A DNA stretch of 64,000 bases from Roseibacillus sp. (lineage in GTDB: Bacteria > Verrucomicrobiota > Verrucomicrobiia > Verrucomicrobiales > Akkermansiaceae), in assembly GCA_051251855.1 (NCBI GenBank), contig JBPOGI010000001.1, forward strand, positions 1,760,001 through 1,824,000. The letters run 5' to 3'. This document shows positions 1 to 10,161 of the stretch, one piece after another. Made by a program: the position numbers and the translations under genes. The notes below the pieces were generated by a model that did not search any database, was not told where the DNA came from, and was given only the letters and a program-made list of their open reading frames with translations. How positions within the stretch are numbered: position 1 is the stretch's first letter; each line of letters opens with the position of its first letter.

Positions 1-71
1 ATTTCGCGGCCTTTTACTGCTGTAATTGTCGTTTCAGACATTTCTATAATTAGGTGTTGGGGTGTGTATGG

Positions 72-1913
72 TTAGTCCTTCTTCCAAGCGGAGATGGACT
101 TCAAAGTAAAACTCTCGGCTTTTTCGGTCTCGAGGTCTGTCACCTCGACGGAGTCGCCAATCTTTTTGCCGACGAGCGCGCGACCAACATTGGAGAGATA
201 AGAAACCACGTTGTTCTCGGGTTCACTATCCCAAGCGCCAAGAACAGTGTAAGTCTTTTCGCCTTGTTCGTTTTCAAGAACAACCACGGTGCCGATTGCT
301 GCCGAAGAAGTATCTACGCCAGAGAAGTCGGTGCCTTGGGCAAGGTCCAATTCTTTCTCCATGTCGGTGCGGCGACGAGCCAAAACTGATTGCATGTCCT
401 TCGCCGCCTTATACTCAAAGTTCTCACGAAGGTCTCCGTAGGAACGAGCATGGGCAATATCCTTCACGTTCTGTGGAATCTTATTGTTCACCAAGTCGGC
501 GAACTCTTCCTTACGCTTCTCAAGACTCTTCCAAGAAACGACTATCGCTTCATCTTTCTCTTCTTTCGCCTCGCCGGTCACCAAGTCTTGGGTCTCAGGG
601 TGAGCTTTGATTACTCGCGCCATAAGGGACTTACGATCGAGTTCAGCAAGAGCTGGGCTTTGTAGAAGCTTACGCGCAAAGTTTCGCGCTTCATTGATAT
701 CGATATCGGACAGAAGATCTGGAATGAGCTTCTTGTCATCCATGAGAAGGTTCTGCAAACGCGTTCCCTTGCGAGGTCCATCATCCACCGCTCCCGCCTC
801 AATGACGGAAAGCATCGCAAATCCAACGTCCGTCGAGAAAACATTCTCTGCATTACCGTTACGCTCGCGGCAAATCCACATCAGCGCCTCACCACTCAGA
901 GTGCGTAGGGAAATCCCCTTCTTGATATGCTTCAGAAGCGGCTCGAACTGGTCTTCAGCCAGGAGAAATTTGGCAATCTCATTCACTCCGCGAGTGCCCA
1001 CTTTTTCAAAGACCCCCATTAGCTTCTGAATCCAATCGTCACCATAAGCGGCTGGAAACGCTTCGTAAATCCGGCGTTGGCGAGCAGCAGCAAGAGAAGT
1101 CACTTGAGCCGCGACGTCCCCGTCAGCTAAGCCAAGAGCATCTGGAATACGAAGCGAACCATCGGCAAGCTCGGCACCGTCGACTGCTGAGAACAACTCG
1201 TCGCGACATGCCAAGAGATCGAGAGACTGGCCGAGATTCAGACGAATCCCCTTTTTCACAGACTCATCGATTTCCTTCGCAAGGCCTTGAATAACTTCAG
1301 GGTCCTCTTGGAGCCCCTTCGTCTCATTCTTCAGCGAGTCCAAGACACCAATCTTAGTCTTCAGGTCTCTCGCTTCACTAAATTCTCCCACCAAAGACTC
1401 CAGTGGGCTCATATTCTCATCACGGAGAACGAGCGGCTCGGTGCGCTTGGACGGGACGACCACACGTCCACCCTCGCGAGCAATCTTCTTCGCCTTATCC
1501 CACCACTTCTTATAATTCTCTTCGGGGACAATCGTTCCGCAAAGCTCTTTATCCACAGCATCGGGCTTTAAGCTACCGCCATGGCTTTGAAGCATCCGGA
1601 CAATCAACTCCGCAGGATTATTCTCAGCCAGATCGCGCAATTCGCCCAACTTGGCAACACGCTCCGCACGGAAGTCATCAACCTCGAGAGTCTCTGTCTT
1701 TTGGATCGCCAACTTCAACCCCATCGTCTGCGGCTCACGGGCCCGCTCGAAGTCGATCGTGACTTTTCCTCCAAACAAGTCCCACTCAGTTACGCGCCCA
1801 GCGCCCCAGCTTTTATGAAGACAAAAACTATCAGGGGCTAACTCAGACAAACGGTTTCCAACGGCTTCGGTAATTCGACCCGCCTCTACGAGTTTCGCGA
1901 CATCAGGATGCAT
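72..1913 (-). CDS. greA: Transcription elongation factor GreA with long N-terminal extension
   Basis: C-terminal GreA domain with YGDLRENFEYKAAK and SYLSNVGRALVGKKIGD; about 470-aa N-terminal extension as in Chlamydia/Verrucomicrobia; ATG at 1913 preferred over the upstream ORF start. Confidence 0.85.
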   Translation of the reverse strand: MHPDVAKLVEAGRITEAVGNRLSELAPDSFCLHKSWGAGRVTEWDLFGGKVTIDFERAREPQTMGLKLAIQKTETLEVDDFRAERVAKLGELRDLAENNPAELIVRMLQSHGGSLKPDAVDKELCGTIVPEENYKKWWDKAKKIAREGGRVVVPSKRTEPLVLRDENMSPLESLVGEFSEARDLKTKIGVLDSLKNETKGLQEDPEVIQGLAKEIDESVKKGIRLNLGQSLDLLACRDELFSAVDGAELADGSLRIPDALGLADGDVAAQVTSLAAARQRRIYEAFPAAYGDDWIQKLMGVFEKVGTRGVNEIAKFLLAEDQFEPLLKHIKKGISLRTLSGEALMWICRERNGNAENVFSTDVGFAMLSVIEAGAVDDGPRKGTRLQNLLMDDKKLIPDLLSDIDINEARNFARKLLQSPALAELDRKSLMARVIKAHPETQDLVTGEAKEEKDEAIVVSWKSLEKRKEEFADLVNNKIPQNVKDIAHARSYGDLRENFEYKAAKDMQSVLARRRTDMEKELDLAQGTDFSGVDTSSAAIGTVVVLENEQGEKTYTVLGAWDSEPENNVVSYLSNVGRALVGKKIGDSVEVTDLETEKAESFTLKSISAWKKD

Positions 1914-1987
1914 CAGGCGAACCTTGCGAACACCACGAACAAAAGGCAAAGGTTTTTCGCTTCTTTCTCGGAACTTTTAATCAAAAG

Positions 1988-2749
1988 TCACTTTTTCGAC
2001 GAATCTTGAGGCACTGGAACTCGACGCACCCGCGGTACTCGTGGTTCGTCCTCCTCTCGCTGCTCAGCATTCATGAGAGATTGGAAGAGAGCGTGTAGCT
2101 TTCGTCGTGTTTTATCATCGATGGTCTCCGGCCAAGAATCACTATCTTCTCCCGCCAAAGTTCCGTGATTTACAACATCACCATCCTTAAGAACATGAAA
2201 ATCAAAGCCCCCGATCTTTCGAGAAAGACTGACCGTCACTCCATCCTCAGAAATAAAGCCGGAACGCTTCCCGAGGTCCACCTGACGCACAATCACTCCC
2301 GGAAGAGGTGGCATTAAGACCTCGGCAGCGGCCTCTGCTAACTCCCTACCATTTTCAGGCCTAACCCCCACCGTCACCGGCAGTACCAGATTCTCTCCCG
2401 CCCGCGAAACGGTGAGAGTCCCCTCATTTCCCACTCCCTTAAGCTTTAGCAAAGCAAAGAGCTGCCCTTTATTCGCCACGAACTGATTATCAAACTTCCA
2501 AATCACATCCATGGACTGCAACCCTGCTTCAAATGCGGGAGAAACAGGCTCTACCGATTCAATCAGGAGACCAAACCCAGCGGGAACTTCGTTTAATTGA
2601 GCCGCGGTCGCTTTTTCCAACCACGTCGTTTTAATCCCCAGCCAAGGTCCCCCAGGCTCGGGACAATGACCACGCATCCACTTCTTGGGGCCATCAGCAT
2701 GAGAAGGCACCACTACAAAAAGAATCAAAAGTAAAATAGGGATCCTCAT
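1988..2749 (-). CDS. Secreted PDZ-domain protein
   Basis: Signal peptide; WLGI...GLLIESVEPVSPAFEAGLQSMDVIWKFD PDZ signature; no protease domain. Confidence 0.7.
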   Translation of the reverse strand: MRIPILLLILFVVVPSHADGPKKWMRGHCPEPGGPWLGIKTTWLEKATAAQLNEVPAGFGLLIESVEPVSPAFEAGLQSMDVIWKFDNQFVANKGQLFALLKLKGVGNEGTLTVSRAGENLVLPVTVGVRPENGRELAEAAAEVLMPPLPGVIVRQVDLGKRSGFISEDGVTVSLSRKIGGFDFHVLKDGDVVNHGTLAGEDSDSWPETIDDKTRRKLHALFQSLMNAEQREEDEPRVPRVRRVPVPQDSSKK

Positions 2750-3237
2750 TACAGACTACTAGACGCATACAGTTCAGCCTCGAACTCACGCTGCAAAATC
2801 ACTTCATAACCCGAACCCTCATGAAGGATACGCTCTTCCTCTACCCCAACATAGCTCCACCCACGACTCACATCACCCGCATCATTAATCGCTTGAACCC
2901 CAAGATCCGTACCCCCTTCAATCCAAGTCATCTGCTCAAGAATCTCAATCCCAGGAACTACCTCCAATACTGCGAGCGGCACCATGGCTGGAGCATTTAG
3001 AGCTGGAGGAACCTTCTTGGCTACGAGCGCTCCTCCCAAAGTCGTTATCAGTATCGCAGCGGCAGACTGCCAAACGAAAGGCCTCTTCCAGAAAGAAATC
3101 ACCTTCGAGTCACTCGCCAACTCATCCACCACCGACTCCAAATCTTCACGGGCAGTATCAGTCAACCCACGGGGCATCAGACGCTCCAAACCCGCCTCGA
3201 TATCATCTAAACTCAATGAACCTGCGTCCCTATCCAT
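2749..3237 (-). CDS. Putative membrane-anchored anti-sigma factor
   Basis: Overlaps the ECF sigma stop; short cytoplasmic N-terminus followed by one TM helix (WQSAAAILITTLGGALV). Confidence 0.55.
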   Translation of the reverse strand: MDRDAGSLSLDDIEAGLERLMPRGLTDTAREDLESVVDELASDSKVISFWKRPFVWQSAAAILITTLGGALVAKKVPPALNAPAMVPLAVLEVVPGIEILEQMTWIEGGTDLGVQAINDAGDVSRGWSYVGVEEERILHEGSGYEVILQREFEAELYASSSL

Positions 3238-3763
3238 TGCGAACCTCCTTCAAGTGCCCGAGTTCCCGTTGCAAAAGCTCCAGCGCATAACGGTAGCGCG
3301 AGGCCGCTGTATTATGAGAAATCTTCAAAATCCCCCCAATTTCAGCAAAAGTGAGGCCTGACCAAATCTTCAACGTAATGACCTCTCGAAGCTTTTCACT
3401 TAAGCTTTCCACTGCCTGCCTCAGCATCAGCGCATCCTCATCATCCTCTAAAGTCGGGTCCAACCAGTGTTCGTCGTAATCGTGAAATTGAATCACCTTC
3501 TCATCGCGCTTCTTAATACGGCCCTTCTTACGACCAGCATCCATCGCCACGAAGCGAACCACCGAAAAAGCGAGGGGCACATCCGGCGGCCGATATCCCC
3601 GCTCCTCCTGATAACCCCACAACCGAATCAACGAATCTTGCAGCACATCCTGAGCTTCTTCGAGAGAGCCCGTTCGCTGCCGCGCATACATCAGCAGGCG
3701 ACCGCCCTCGGCCGCCAACCAGTCTTTCCACCGGTCTGCTAAATTTTGCTGCTCACGTTTCAT
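3230..3763 (-). CDS. ECF (sigma-70 family) RNA polymerase sigma factor
   Basis: Region 2 (EAQDVLQDSLIRLW) and region 4 (LREVITLKIWSGLTFAEIG...NTAASRYRYA). Confidence 0.9.
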   Translation of the reverse strand: MKREQQNLADRWKDWLAAEGGRLLMYARQRTGSLEEAQDVLQDSLIRLWGYQEERGYRPPDVPLAFSVVRFVAMDAGRKKGRIKKRDEKVIQFHDYDEHWLDPTLEDDEDALMLRQAVESLSEKLREVITLKIWSGLTFAEIGGILKISHNTAASRYRYALELLQRELGHLKEVRNG

Positions 3764-3929
3764 CCTTCTTCTAAGGTAACAAATGCCACAAAAGTCAGCT
3801 TATGTCTGTCTTTTCAGAAAAAATTATCGCGCTTTCCAAAGACAGGAATGTCGAATCCGGAAACACACTCCCCGTTCTTGCTCAAACTCTCGGTCAATCT
3901 GAAGCGGCCAAATTCGCCACAATACGAAC

Positions 3930-5804
3930 TTACTCTACCGGCAGCGCCTTCAGAATCTTCTTTGGCTCAATCTTAGACAAATCCACATTCAGCCACTTCT
4001 GCTTTCCCTCGTTCTCTTGGGCCGAATTGTCCTCTTCCTTTTGCAAGAGAACATCTTTCGTCACTGCCAACCCAACTTCACCATTCTTCTCAATCGTGTT
4101 GGAAGTCACCGACAATGTTGTGCCTTCATCCTGAGCAAAAATTCCTCCTAAGATATTACCGGAGACTAAGTTCCCATTTACCAGAGCCGTCACCCCCGAA
4201 GAAGCCACGAGCCCGACCTCACGATTCCGCTCAATACTGGAACTCTCGACCCGGCACTCTTGACCCTTCGAAGTCAGCAGAATCCCAGTCAAACCATTGT
4301 CCTGAAAACGCGAACGCTGCACCCAAACCTTACCACCGTCCCAGACATCCAACCCATGATGTAAATTAGCAATCGAACGCGACTCTTGCAGAATTGCCTC
4401 GCTCCCAGCGCCCACGACAGCAACGCCGTCCCAACCACAGCCCTTGACCTCGGTCCCGGTAATTTCACAGCGAGCGCCTTCAATCACGGCAATTCCATGC
4501 CCTGCCCCATAGCCAATCTCGCAATCTTCAAAAACAGCCTGCGCTCCTGTCACCAAGACCACGGGATAACGTGTCTCAGTATTAGAAACTCCCGAATGCC
4601 GAACCGTGAGACCCACCAATCGCGCGGGAGCGCCTTCCCCTTCAACAACCAAGACACTGCCTTGGTCCGCGCCTCCCTCGACAATTGTCTTGCCCTTGAC
4701 CCCTTGAAGAATGACCCCAGCAGGTATCAGGACTCCTCCAGCAAAGGTTCCTTCTCCCAAAGACACCTTATCTCCCGATCTAACCAACCCCAACGCCTCC
4801 GCAATAGTCTCCGCATCTTCAGGGACCGAAATCGTCTGCACATAGCTGGACATCTTTGCCAGCAAAGCGGAAGCCTTTTCCGAAGGAGCCATCCGTTGTG
4901 CTTCTCGTAAAAGCTGCAGCGCCTCCAAAGAATACTCCCCTGTGTCTAAAGCCAAAGCCTGCTCGTAAATCCCATCTGCTTTCTCGCGAAAGCCAGCCAA
5001 CACCAGCTTTGCCTCTTCAGCCTCTTTACGAAACTCAGACAACCGCTCATTCTCAGGATCGGCCTCAGCCAATTCAGCGGTCTTATCAACAAGGATCTGC
5101 CACTGCTCTTCGCGACGTGCCTGGTCAATTTCTTCTCCTAAACGAACGATATTATCGACTTCCCGAGCTTCTTTCATTCGCTCTTTGAAGGCCTTCACCT
5201 GATCATCGTTAGGAGCCAATCTGATGGCCGCCTCCATCTTAGCCTCAGCTTCATCCCACTTGCGAATATCCATCAGCCCCTGCACATCGGCCAATGCAAA
5301 GCGCACTTGCATACGTCTCTCGATCTCACGCCCATTGCTCACCCGCTCCATCCCCGCCAAAGCCTTCTTAGACTTGGGGTCGATTGCCAGGATCTCCTGA
5401 TAGACACTCTCTGCCTCGGTCCAGTTAAGTCCATCCTCTGCAACCAAGGCCTCAGGAAGACGCGCTTCCACCACCTTCAAAGCCGCTTGATTCTTTGCCA
5501 GATTAGGCCCCCAGATCACTGCCGCTGCAATCAAAGCCAAAATCACGAAAAGAGAGACTAACCCGGCCGCGACCTTTTTTTTCTTGGGGGCATGATGCTC
5601 CGCCACCTGAATCGCCTCTTCAAACCGAGCCAATTCGAGCTCGTAGTTGACCCGCTTCTCTGGCGTATCCGCCTCGTCGCGCAATCGCTGCATGTGCTTG
5701 CGAACCTCATCAAAGGCTCGCTCGTAATTATCTACGGTTTCTCCGCGCTTGAGACCAAGCACCTTAACCGCTTCCTCGTAGGACATGCCGCTTTCTGATT
5801 TCAT
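3930..5804 (-). CDS. Membrane-anchored TPR-like / right-handed parallel beta-helix protein
   Basis: TM helix near aa 80-98, helical TPR-like repeats, C-terminal NosD/pectin-lyase-like repeats (GI/GV..N..NG..G). Confidence 0.7.
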   Translation of the reverse strand: MKSESGMSYEEAVKVLGLKRGETVDNYERAFDEVRKHMQRLRDEADTPEKRVNYELELARFEEAIQVAEHHAPKKKKVAAGLVSLFVILALIAAAVIWGPNLAKNQAALKVVEARLPEALVAEDGLNWTEAESVYQEILAIDPKSKKALAGMERVSNGREIERRMQVRFALADVQGLMDIRKWDEAEAKMEAAIRLAPNDDQVKAFKERMKEAREVDNIVRLGEEIDQARREEQWQILVDKTAELAEADPENERLSEFRKEAEEAKLVLAGFREKADGIYEQALALDTGEYSLEALQLLREAQRMAPSEKASALLAKMSSYVQTISVPEDAETIAEALGLVRSGDKVSLGEGTFAGGVLIPAGVILQGVKGKTIVEGGADQGSVLVVEGEGAPARLVGLTVRHSGVSNTETRYPVVLVTGAQAVFEDCEIGYGAGHGIAVIEGARCEITGTEVKGCGWDGVAVVGAGSEAILQESRSIANLHHGLDVWDGGKVWVQRSRFQDNGLTGILLTSKGQECRVESSSIERNREVGLVASSGVTALVNGNLVSGNILGGIFAQDEGTTLSVTSNTIEKNGEVGLAVTKDVLLQKEEDNSAQENEGKQKWLNVDLSKIEPKKILKALPVE

Positions 5805-5816
5805 GTAAGGGGGGGA

Positions 5817-7454
5817 CTAGCCTTGGAAGTTTTGCACGATTGGCATGCGCCTCCCAACGCCGAAAGCCTTTGACGTTACTCGCAGACCCGGAGCCGCTTG
5901 ATGCCTTTTCCATTCGTTGAGGTCAACTCTCCTTTGCACCCATCTTACAATTGATTCTTGATAATCATGGCATTCAATAATGTCCGAAGCACTCATCTGC
6001 TGCTCGACGTAGAGTTCTAAAATTCCATCCAACTCCTCATACGGCGGCAAAGAATCCTGATCCTTCTGGTCAGGAGCAAGCTCTGCACTGGGCGGTTTTT
6101 CAATCGTATCCCACGGAATCACCTCACGCTCGCGATTCATCCATCGCGCCAGTTCATAGACTCGCGTCTTGGGCAGGTCCGATATCGCCGCCAACCCTCC
6201 ACACATATCGCCATACATCGTGCAATAACCCACCGCCAACTCACTCTTGTTTCCTGTCGTCAAAAGGATGGCGCCCGTCTTATTCGACAGCGACATCAGA
6301 AACAGCCCTCGAATCCGCGCCTGCATATTCTCCTCGGTGACATCCTCTTTCGCTCCCTCAAAAGGTCCTGCCATCGCCGTCTTCACCGTCTTAAAAACCT
6401 CTCCAATCGGCACCTCCTCACAGCGCATCCCCAAGTTCTGCGCCAACTTCACCGAATCCCCGATACTCCCTTCTGAACTAAACCGGCTCGGCATCGTGAG
6501 CCCCCTCACATTTTCCGCCCCCAACGCCTCTGCAGCCAAAGCCGCCGTCACCGCCGAATCAATGCCTCCACTCAATCCCAGACAGGCCTCCCGAAAGCCG
6601 CACTTCGTCGCATAATCACGCAATCCCAACACCAAGGCTTCATAAAGCTGTGCATTCTCATCCAACTCCGGCCACATCACCCCTTCATTTTCACCACCCA
6701 CATCAACAACCTCCACCTCCTCGCGGAATCCCGCCAAGCTCGCCAAGACCTCTCCCTGTCCGTCCACCACCGCCGAATGACCATCAAAAATCAACTGATC
6801 CTGCCCCCCCACCGCATTGCAATAAACTAGCGGAACGCCCGCCTCCTTCGCCACCGAAGCAAATAAATCTCGCCGCGCCACCGGCTTATTCAGCGCAAAG
6901 GGAGAAGCACTCAAGTTCACAATCACCTCCGCGCCCTTCTCTTTAAGCTCCCTCACCGGCTCCCGCTCATAGAGAGGCCGATAGAGAAAATCCTCCGTCC
7001 AAATATCTTCACAAATGGTCACTCCCACCTTCTGCCCCTTAAACTCGATCACCTGACACTCCTCGTTGGGCTCAAAGTAGCGCCACTCATCGAAAACATC
7101 GTAAGTCGGCAAGAGCGTCTTATAGATCCGCTCCCGAATCTCTCCCCCTTCCAACCAAGCCACCGCATTGCGAAAAGCCCGCCCCGGACGTTTGGCCGAA
7201 CGGTCCACATACCCCACTAACAAAGGCACTTCGCCCACTTCCCCTTTCAAGTAATCGAGCGCCTGCAAACAACGCGGCACGAACTGACTCTTAAAAACCA
7301 AATCACGTGGCGGATAGCCCACCAAAGACAACTCTGGAGTCACCACCAGCTCAGCGCCCTTCTCCAACGCCTCTCGGTACCCCGCAAGAATCCGCTTCGC
7401 ATTCCCCGGGAAATCCCCCACCACCGCATTGATTTGAACTAGAGCAATCTTCAT
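5817..7454 (-). CDS. nadE: Glutamine-dependent NAD+ synthetase
   Basis: Nitrilase domain (TPELS, YKTLLP, ICEDIW) plus LSGGIDS, ENMQARIR, TGNKSE, PPSAEL. Confidence 0.95.
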   Translation of the reverse strand: MKIALVQINAVVGDFPGNAKRILAGYREALEKGAELVVTPELSLVGYPPRDLVFKSQFVPRCLQALDYLKGEVGEVPLLVGYVDRSAKRPGRAFRNAVAWLEGGEIRERIYKTLLPTYDVFDEWRYFEPNEECQVIEFKGQKVGVTICEDIWTEDFLYRPLYEREPVRELKEKGAEVIVNLSASPFALNKPVARRDLFASVAKEAGVPLVYCNAVGGQDQLIFDGHSAVVDGQGEVLASLAGFREEVEVVDVGGENEGVMWPELDENAQLYEALVLGLRDYATKCGFREACLGLSGGIDSAVTAALAAEALGAENVRGLTMPSRFSSEGSIGDSVKLAQNLGMRCEEVPIGEVFKTVKTAMAGPFEGAKEDVTEENMQARIRGLFLMSLSNKTGAILLTTGNKSELAVGYCTMYGDMCGGLAAISDLPKTRVYELARWMNREREVIPWDTIEKPPSAELAPDQKDQDSLPPYEELDGILELYVEQQMSASDIIECHDYQESIVRWVQRRVDLNEWKRHQAAPGLRVTSKAFGVGRRMPIVQNFQG

Positions 7455-7569
7455 ACTATCGGGCTCCGCAAGCCTTGCTCAAAAGCACTAGCTTTGCAAG
7501 CCGCCACCAGTGCCACTTGCCACTTATCCTTTTCAAAAAAACACCAGACAGCCTCCGATCAAAATCGGC

Positions 7570-7899
7570 TTACTCGTTTTCCAACCTCACCGCCGTTCCG
7601 TAGCAGGAAGCGAGACAAAACCCTTCCAGAATTTCGAAGTCGACTTGAGTCCCCACAACCGCGTCCGCCCCTCGCTCCTGAGCTCTCTGCAACAGATCCT
7701 TCATCGCGGCCTCCTGAGTCTCTGCCACCAGGCTGGAGTAGTTGCCAAACTCTCTCCTCTCCATCGCCAACTGGAAGCCCCCTCTCACTCCCAAATTCTT
7801 GGCCGAAAACCCACTCACAACCCCCAAATACTGAACCACCTTTCTATCTTCGAAGGAATCCGTAGTAGTCATCATCGCAGGCAAAGGAGGAGGCTTCAT
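7570..7899 (-). CDS. YbjQ/UPF0145 family protein
   Basis: MTTTDSFEDRKVVQYLGVVSG...GADAVVG...YGTAV; ATG at 7899 preferred. Confidence 0.8.
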   Translation of the reverse strand: MKPPPLPAMMTTTDSFEDRKVVQYLGVVSGFSAKNLGVRGGFQLAMERREFGNYSSLVAETQEAAMKDLLQRAQERGADAVVGTQVDFEILEGFCLASCYGTAVRLENE

Positions 7900-8005
7900 A
7901 AGGCCACCACCATGCAAACTCCTCCACCTGACCTCCATTCCAAAATCGAAGCGAATTTCCAGTTCAAAAACTGCTCCAACCACCTTCTACCAATCAATTG
8001 AAAGC

Positions 8006-8185
8006 CTGGCCCGGATTTCTCACGGAACATGAGAAATTCGCCCGCAGGGCCGACTGTGTCGGGGCTAGCCCCGATAGGCACTGAGACAGGCTGTCTAACA
8101 AGTCATTAGGTTTCACCTCTCTCAGTGCCGTATCGGTCTGGCTTTCAGCCAGATGCATTTCTCACTCGTGAGAAATGCAGGCTAG
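8006..8185. mobile_element. MITE-like palindromic intergenic element
   Basis: Imperfect 20-bp terminal inverted repeats ctggcccggatttctcacgg / tcgtgagaaatgcaggctag plus several internal hairpins; non-coding. Confidence 0.55.
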
Positions 8186-8256
8186 AAAACTCCGAGCTTC
8201 ACTTCGTTCACCCTTGCCGCCTTCCCTTTTTTAAACTCAGTTAGGGAGGTCTCACA

Positions 8257-9009
8257 ATGAAAGTATCTAGCTCAAAACCTACCGCTCTCCTCGCTATCGC
8301 GCTGCTGATTCCCTTGCTCTCTTCCTGCTCCACCTCTTCGAGCAATGGAGTCAGTGCTGAAAACATCGAATCCCTCGCTATCTCCACTCCCGTTATCGAA
8401 GCGGAGTCCTACACCATTCCCGCCCAAGTCTACATTCCGCCTCAGACCCAAAGCAGCAGCGTCCCCTTCACCCCGACCGGAGGCAGTTTCGCACAAGGAT
8501 TCGTCGCCGGCGCCCTTGGCCAACTTCTCCGTGAAAGCATGAACCAATCCGATGGCACTAATCCTGTCGTGCAAGACTTTGAACAATGGAAAGTAGACGC
8601 TCAAAAAAACCTTCCTCCCACGTTCCAAAACCAACTCCAGAAAAGCCTCACCCGACAGCTCTCATCCCAGCCCGGCTTAGCAGGAAAAATCACCGCAGAA
8701 TCCCCCAATATCATCTCCCTCAAAGTCATCGAATACGGCTACAAGAAAACGGGACGAAAAGAGCGCGCCATCCTCATGACCCCCTACGTCGTCGCCGAAC
8801 TCTCCCTCACCAGCGAAGGCAAATCTCTCATCAAAAACCGTAAAATCAGCGCCCAAACCTTCGCCTCCAAGCTCATCGACACCCGCAAAGAAGGCTACGA
8901 ACTTTCCACCTACGCCGCCAGCCAACCCTCAGCTCAAGCGCACCTAAACACCGCCCTCAACAAGCTCGCCGAAAAAGCAAAAGACAAAGTTCTCAAAAAG
9001 CTCCAATAG
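8257..9009 (+). CDS. Hypothetical lipoprotein
   Basis: Lipobox LLSSC after a hydrophobic stretch. Confidence 0.7.
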   Translation: MKVSSSKPTALLAIALLIPLLSSCSTSSSNGVSAENIESLAISTPVIEAESYTIPAQVYIPPQTQSSSVPFTPTGGSFAQGFVAGALGQLLRESMNQSDGTNPVVQDFEQWKVDAQKNLPPTFQNQLQKSLTRQLSSQPGLAGKITAESPNIISLKVIEYGYKKTGRKERAILMTPYVVAELSLTSEGKSLIKNRKISAQTFASKLIDTRKEGYELSTYAASQPSAQAHLNTALNKLAEKAKDKVLKKLQ

Positions 9010-9188
9010 CCTCACCACAACCCCAGCTTTCCAATCTCACAAAAATCCCTCTACCCGAACCATCATCACCGCAACCTCAGGCAAAGATCGATAGCTGGAT
9101 TTTTGCCGAATTCAGAGACAGGGAACCCCGCCTTTCTCGTGGTTGGCAGGCAAGAATTTCCTCTTCATAGTCTCGAGTTAGAAAGCTG

Positions 9189-10067
9189 ATGAAACTCCTT
9201 CTTTTTTTCACGCTCACGCTAGGCGGTTTTCTCCACTCTGAGGCTCAAGACAAAGTCCTCGAAAACTACGATCCCATTCTCAACGAAATCGAGAACTTTG
9301 ATCCCGCCGACTTAAAAACGATGATGGAGATGGACCCGCCTCACGCCTCCCTATTTTTCTTGAGGCTTACATTTGACTACAACCTGAGACTCCCAGAAGC
9401 AGCTCCCTATCGCGAAGCTCTCGGACAAGAACTATTCAAGCACCCTCAGCTTGAAGATTACTTCATTAAACGCTTCAAAGAAACACCCCGGCACTACGAC
9501 ACAGCAGAAAAAATCAAATGGGTCTGGGGACCGTTGACTCTCATGCGGTATTCTTGGGCCGTCCGTCTCTTGGGCGAAGAGGTGATGGACGACACGCTAA
9601 TGACTCAGCCGGGAGCTACCGAAGCTGAAATTGATATGGCAATCCTCAATAGGAAATGGACTCTCGGGGAAAATAGTTTTCAGACTAAATCAATCTATGC
9701 TCTTGCACATCTTCACCTTCCCAATGCGCCTTTCGACGAAACGAGTCCAAAAATCCGCAGAATCCGCCCGAACGTCGTCGAAGAATGGAAGACATGGTAT
9801 GTGAAGCATGGAGCAGAAGTCATTGCCCAGTTGGAGGCCGAAGAAGCCGAACGAGCAGAACTCGAAGCTCAAGCGATCGCGGTAACCGAAGCTAAACGCC
9901 ACCTGAACCTTCCCCGTAGTCCACCGGTAACCATTTTCAGCTCGACTCAAGAGGAGGAAACAAAAGCCACGTCCCCTCAGAGCGCGTTGCTTGCGGCAAT
10001 CATACTCCTAGCCATCTCATTAATCGTTTATTTAACACTCCGCCTTCGTCGCTCAAAGACCCCATAA
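9189..10067 (+). CDS. Hypothetical exported protein with C-terminal TM anchor
   Basis: Signal peptide; C-terminal hydrophobic helix followed by basic tail RLRRSK. Confidence 0.65.
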   Translation: MKLLLFFTLTLGGFLHSEAQDKVLENYDPILNEIENFDPADLKTMMEMDPPHASLFFLRLTFDYNLRLPEAAPYREALGQELFKHPQLEDYFIKRFKETPRHYDTAEKIKWVWGPLTLMRYSWAVRLLGEEVMDDTLMTQPGATEAEIDMAILNRKWTLGENSFQTKSIYALAHLHLPNAPFDETSPKIRRIRPNVVEEWKTWYVKHGAEVIAQLEAEEAERAELEAQAIAVTEAKRHLNLPRSPPVTIFSSTQEEETKATSPQSALLAAIILLAISLIVYLTLRLRRSKTP

Positions 10068-10161
10068 ATCGTCCTATTTCGGCAAAAAATCTCTGCGTCC
10101 CCCTCCGCGTCCTCTGCGGCTCTGCGTCGAAAAGCGAATCAACTCCCCCCCCCAAGAAGCC

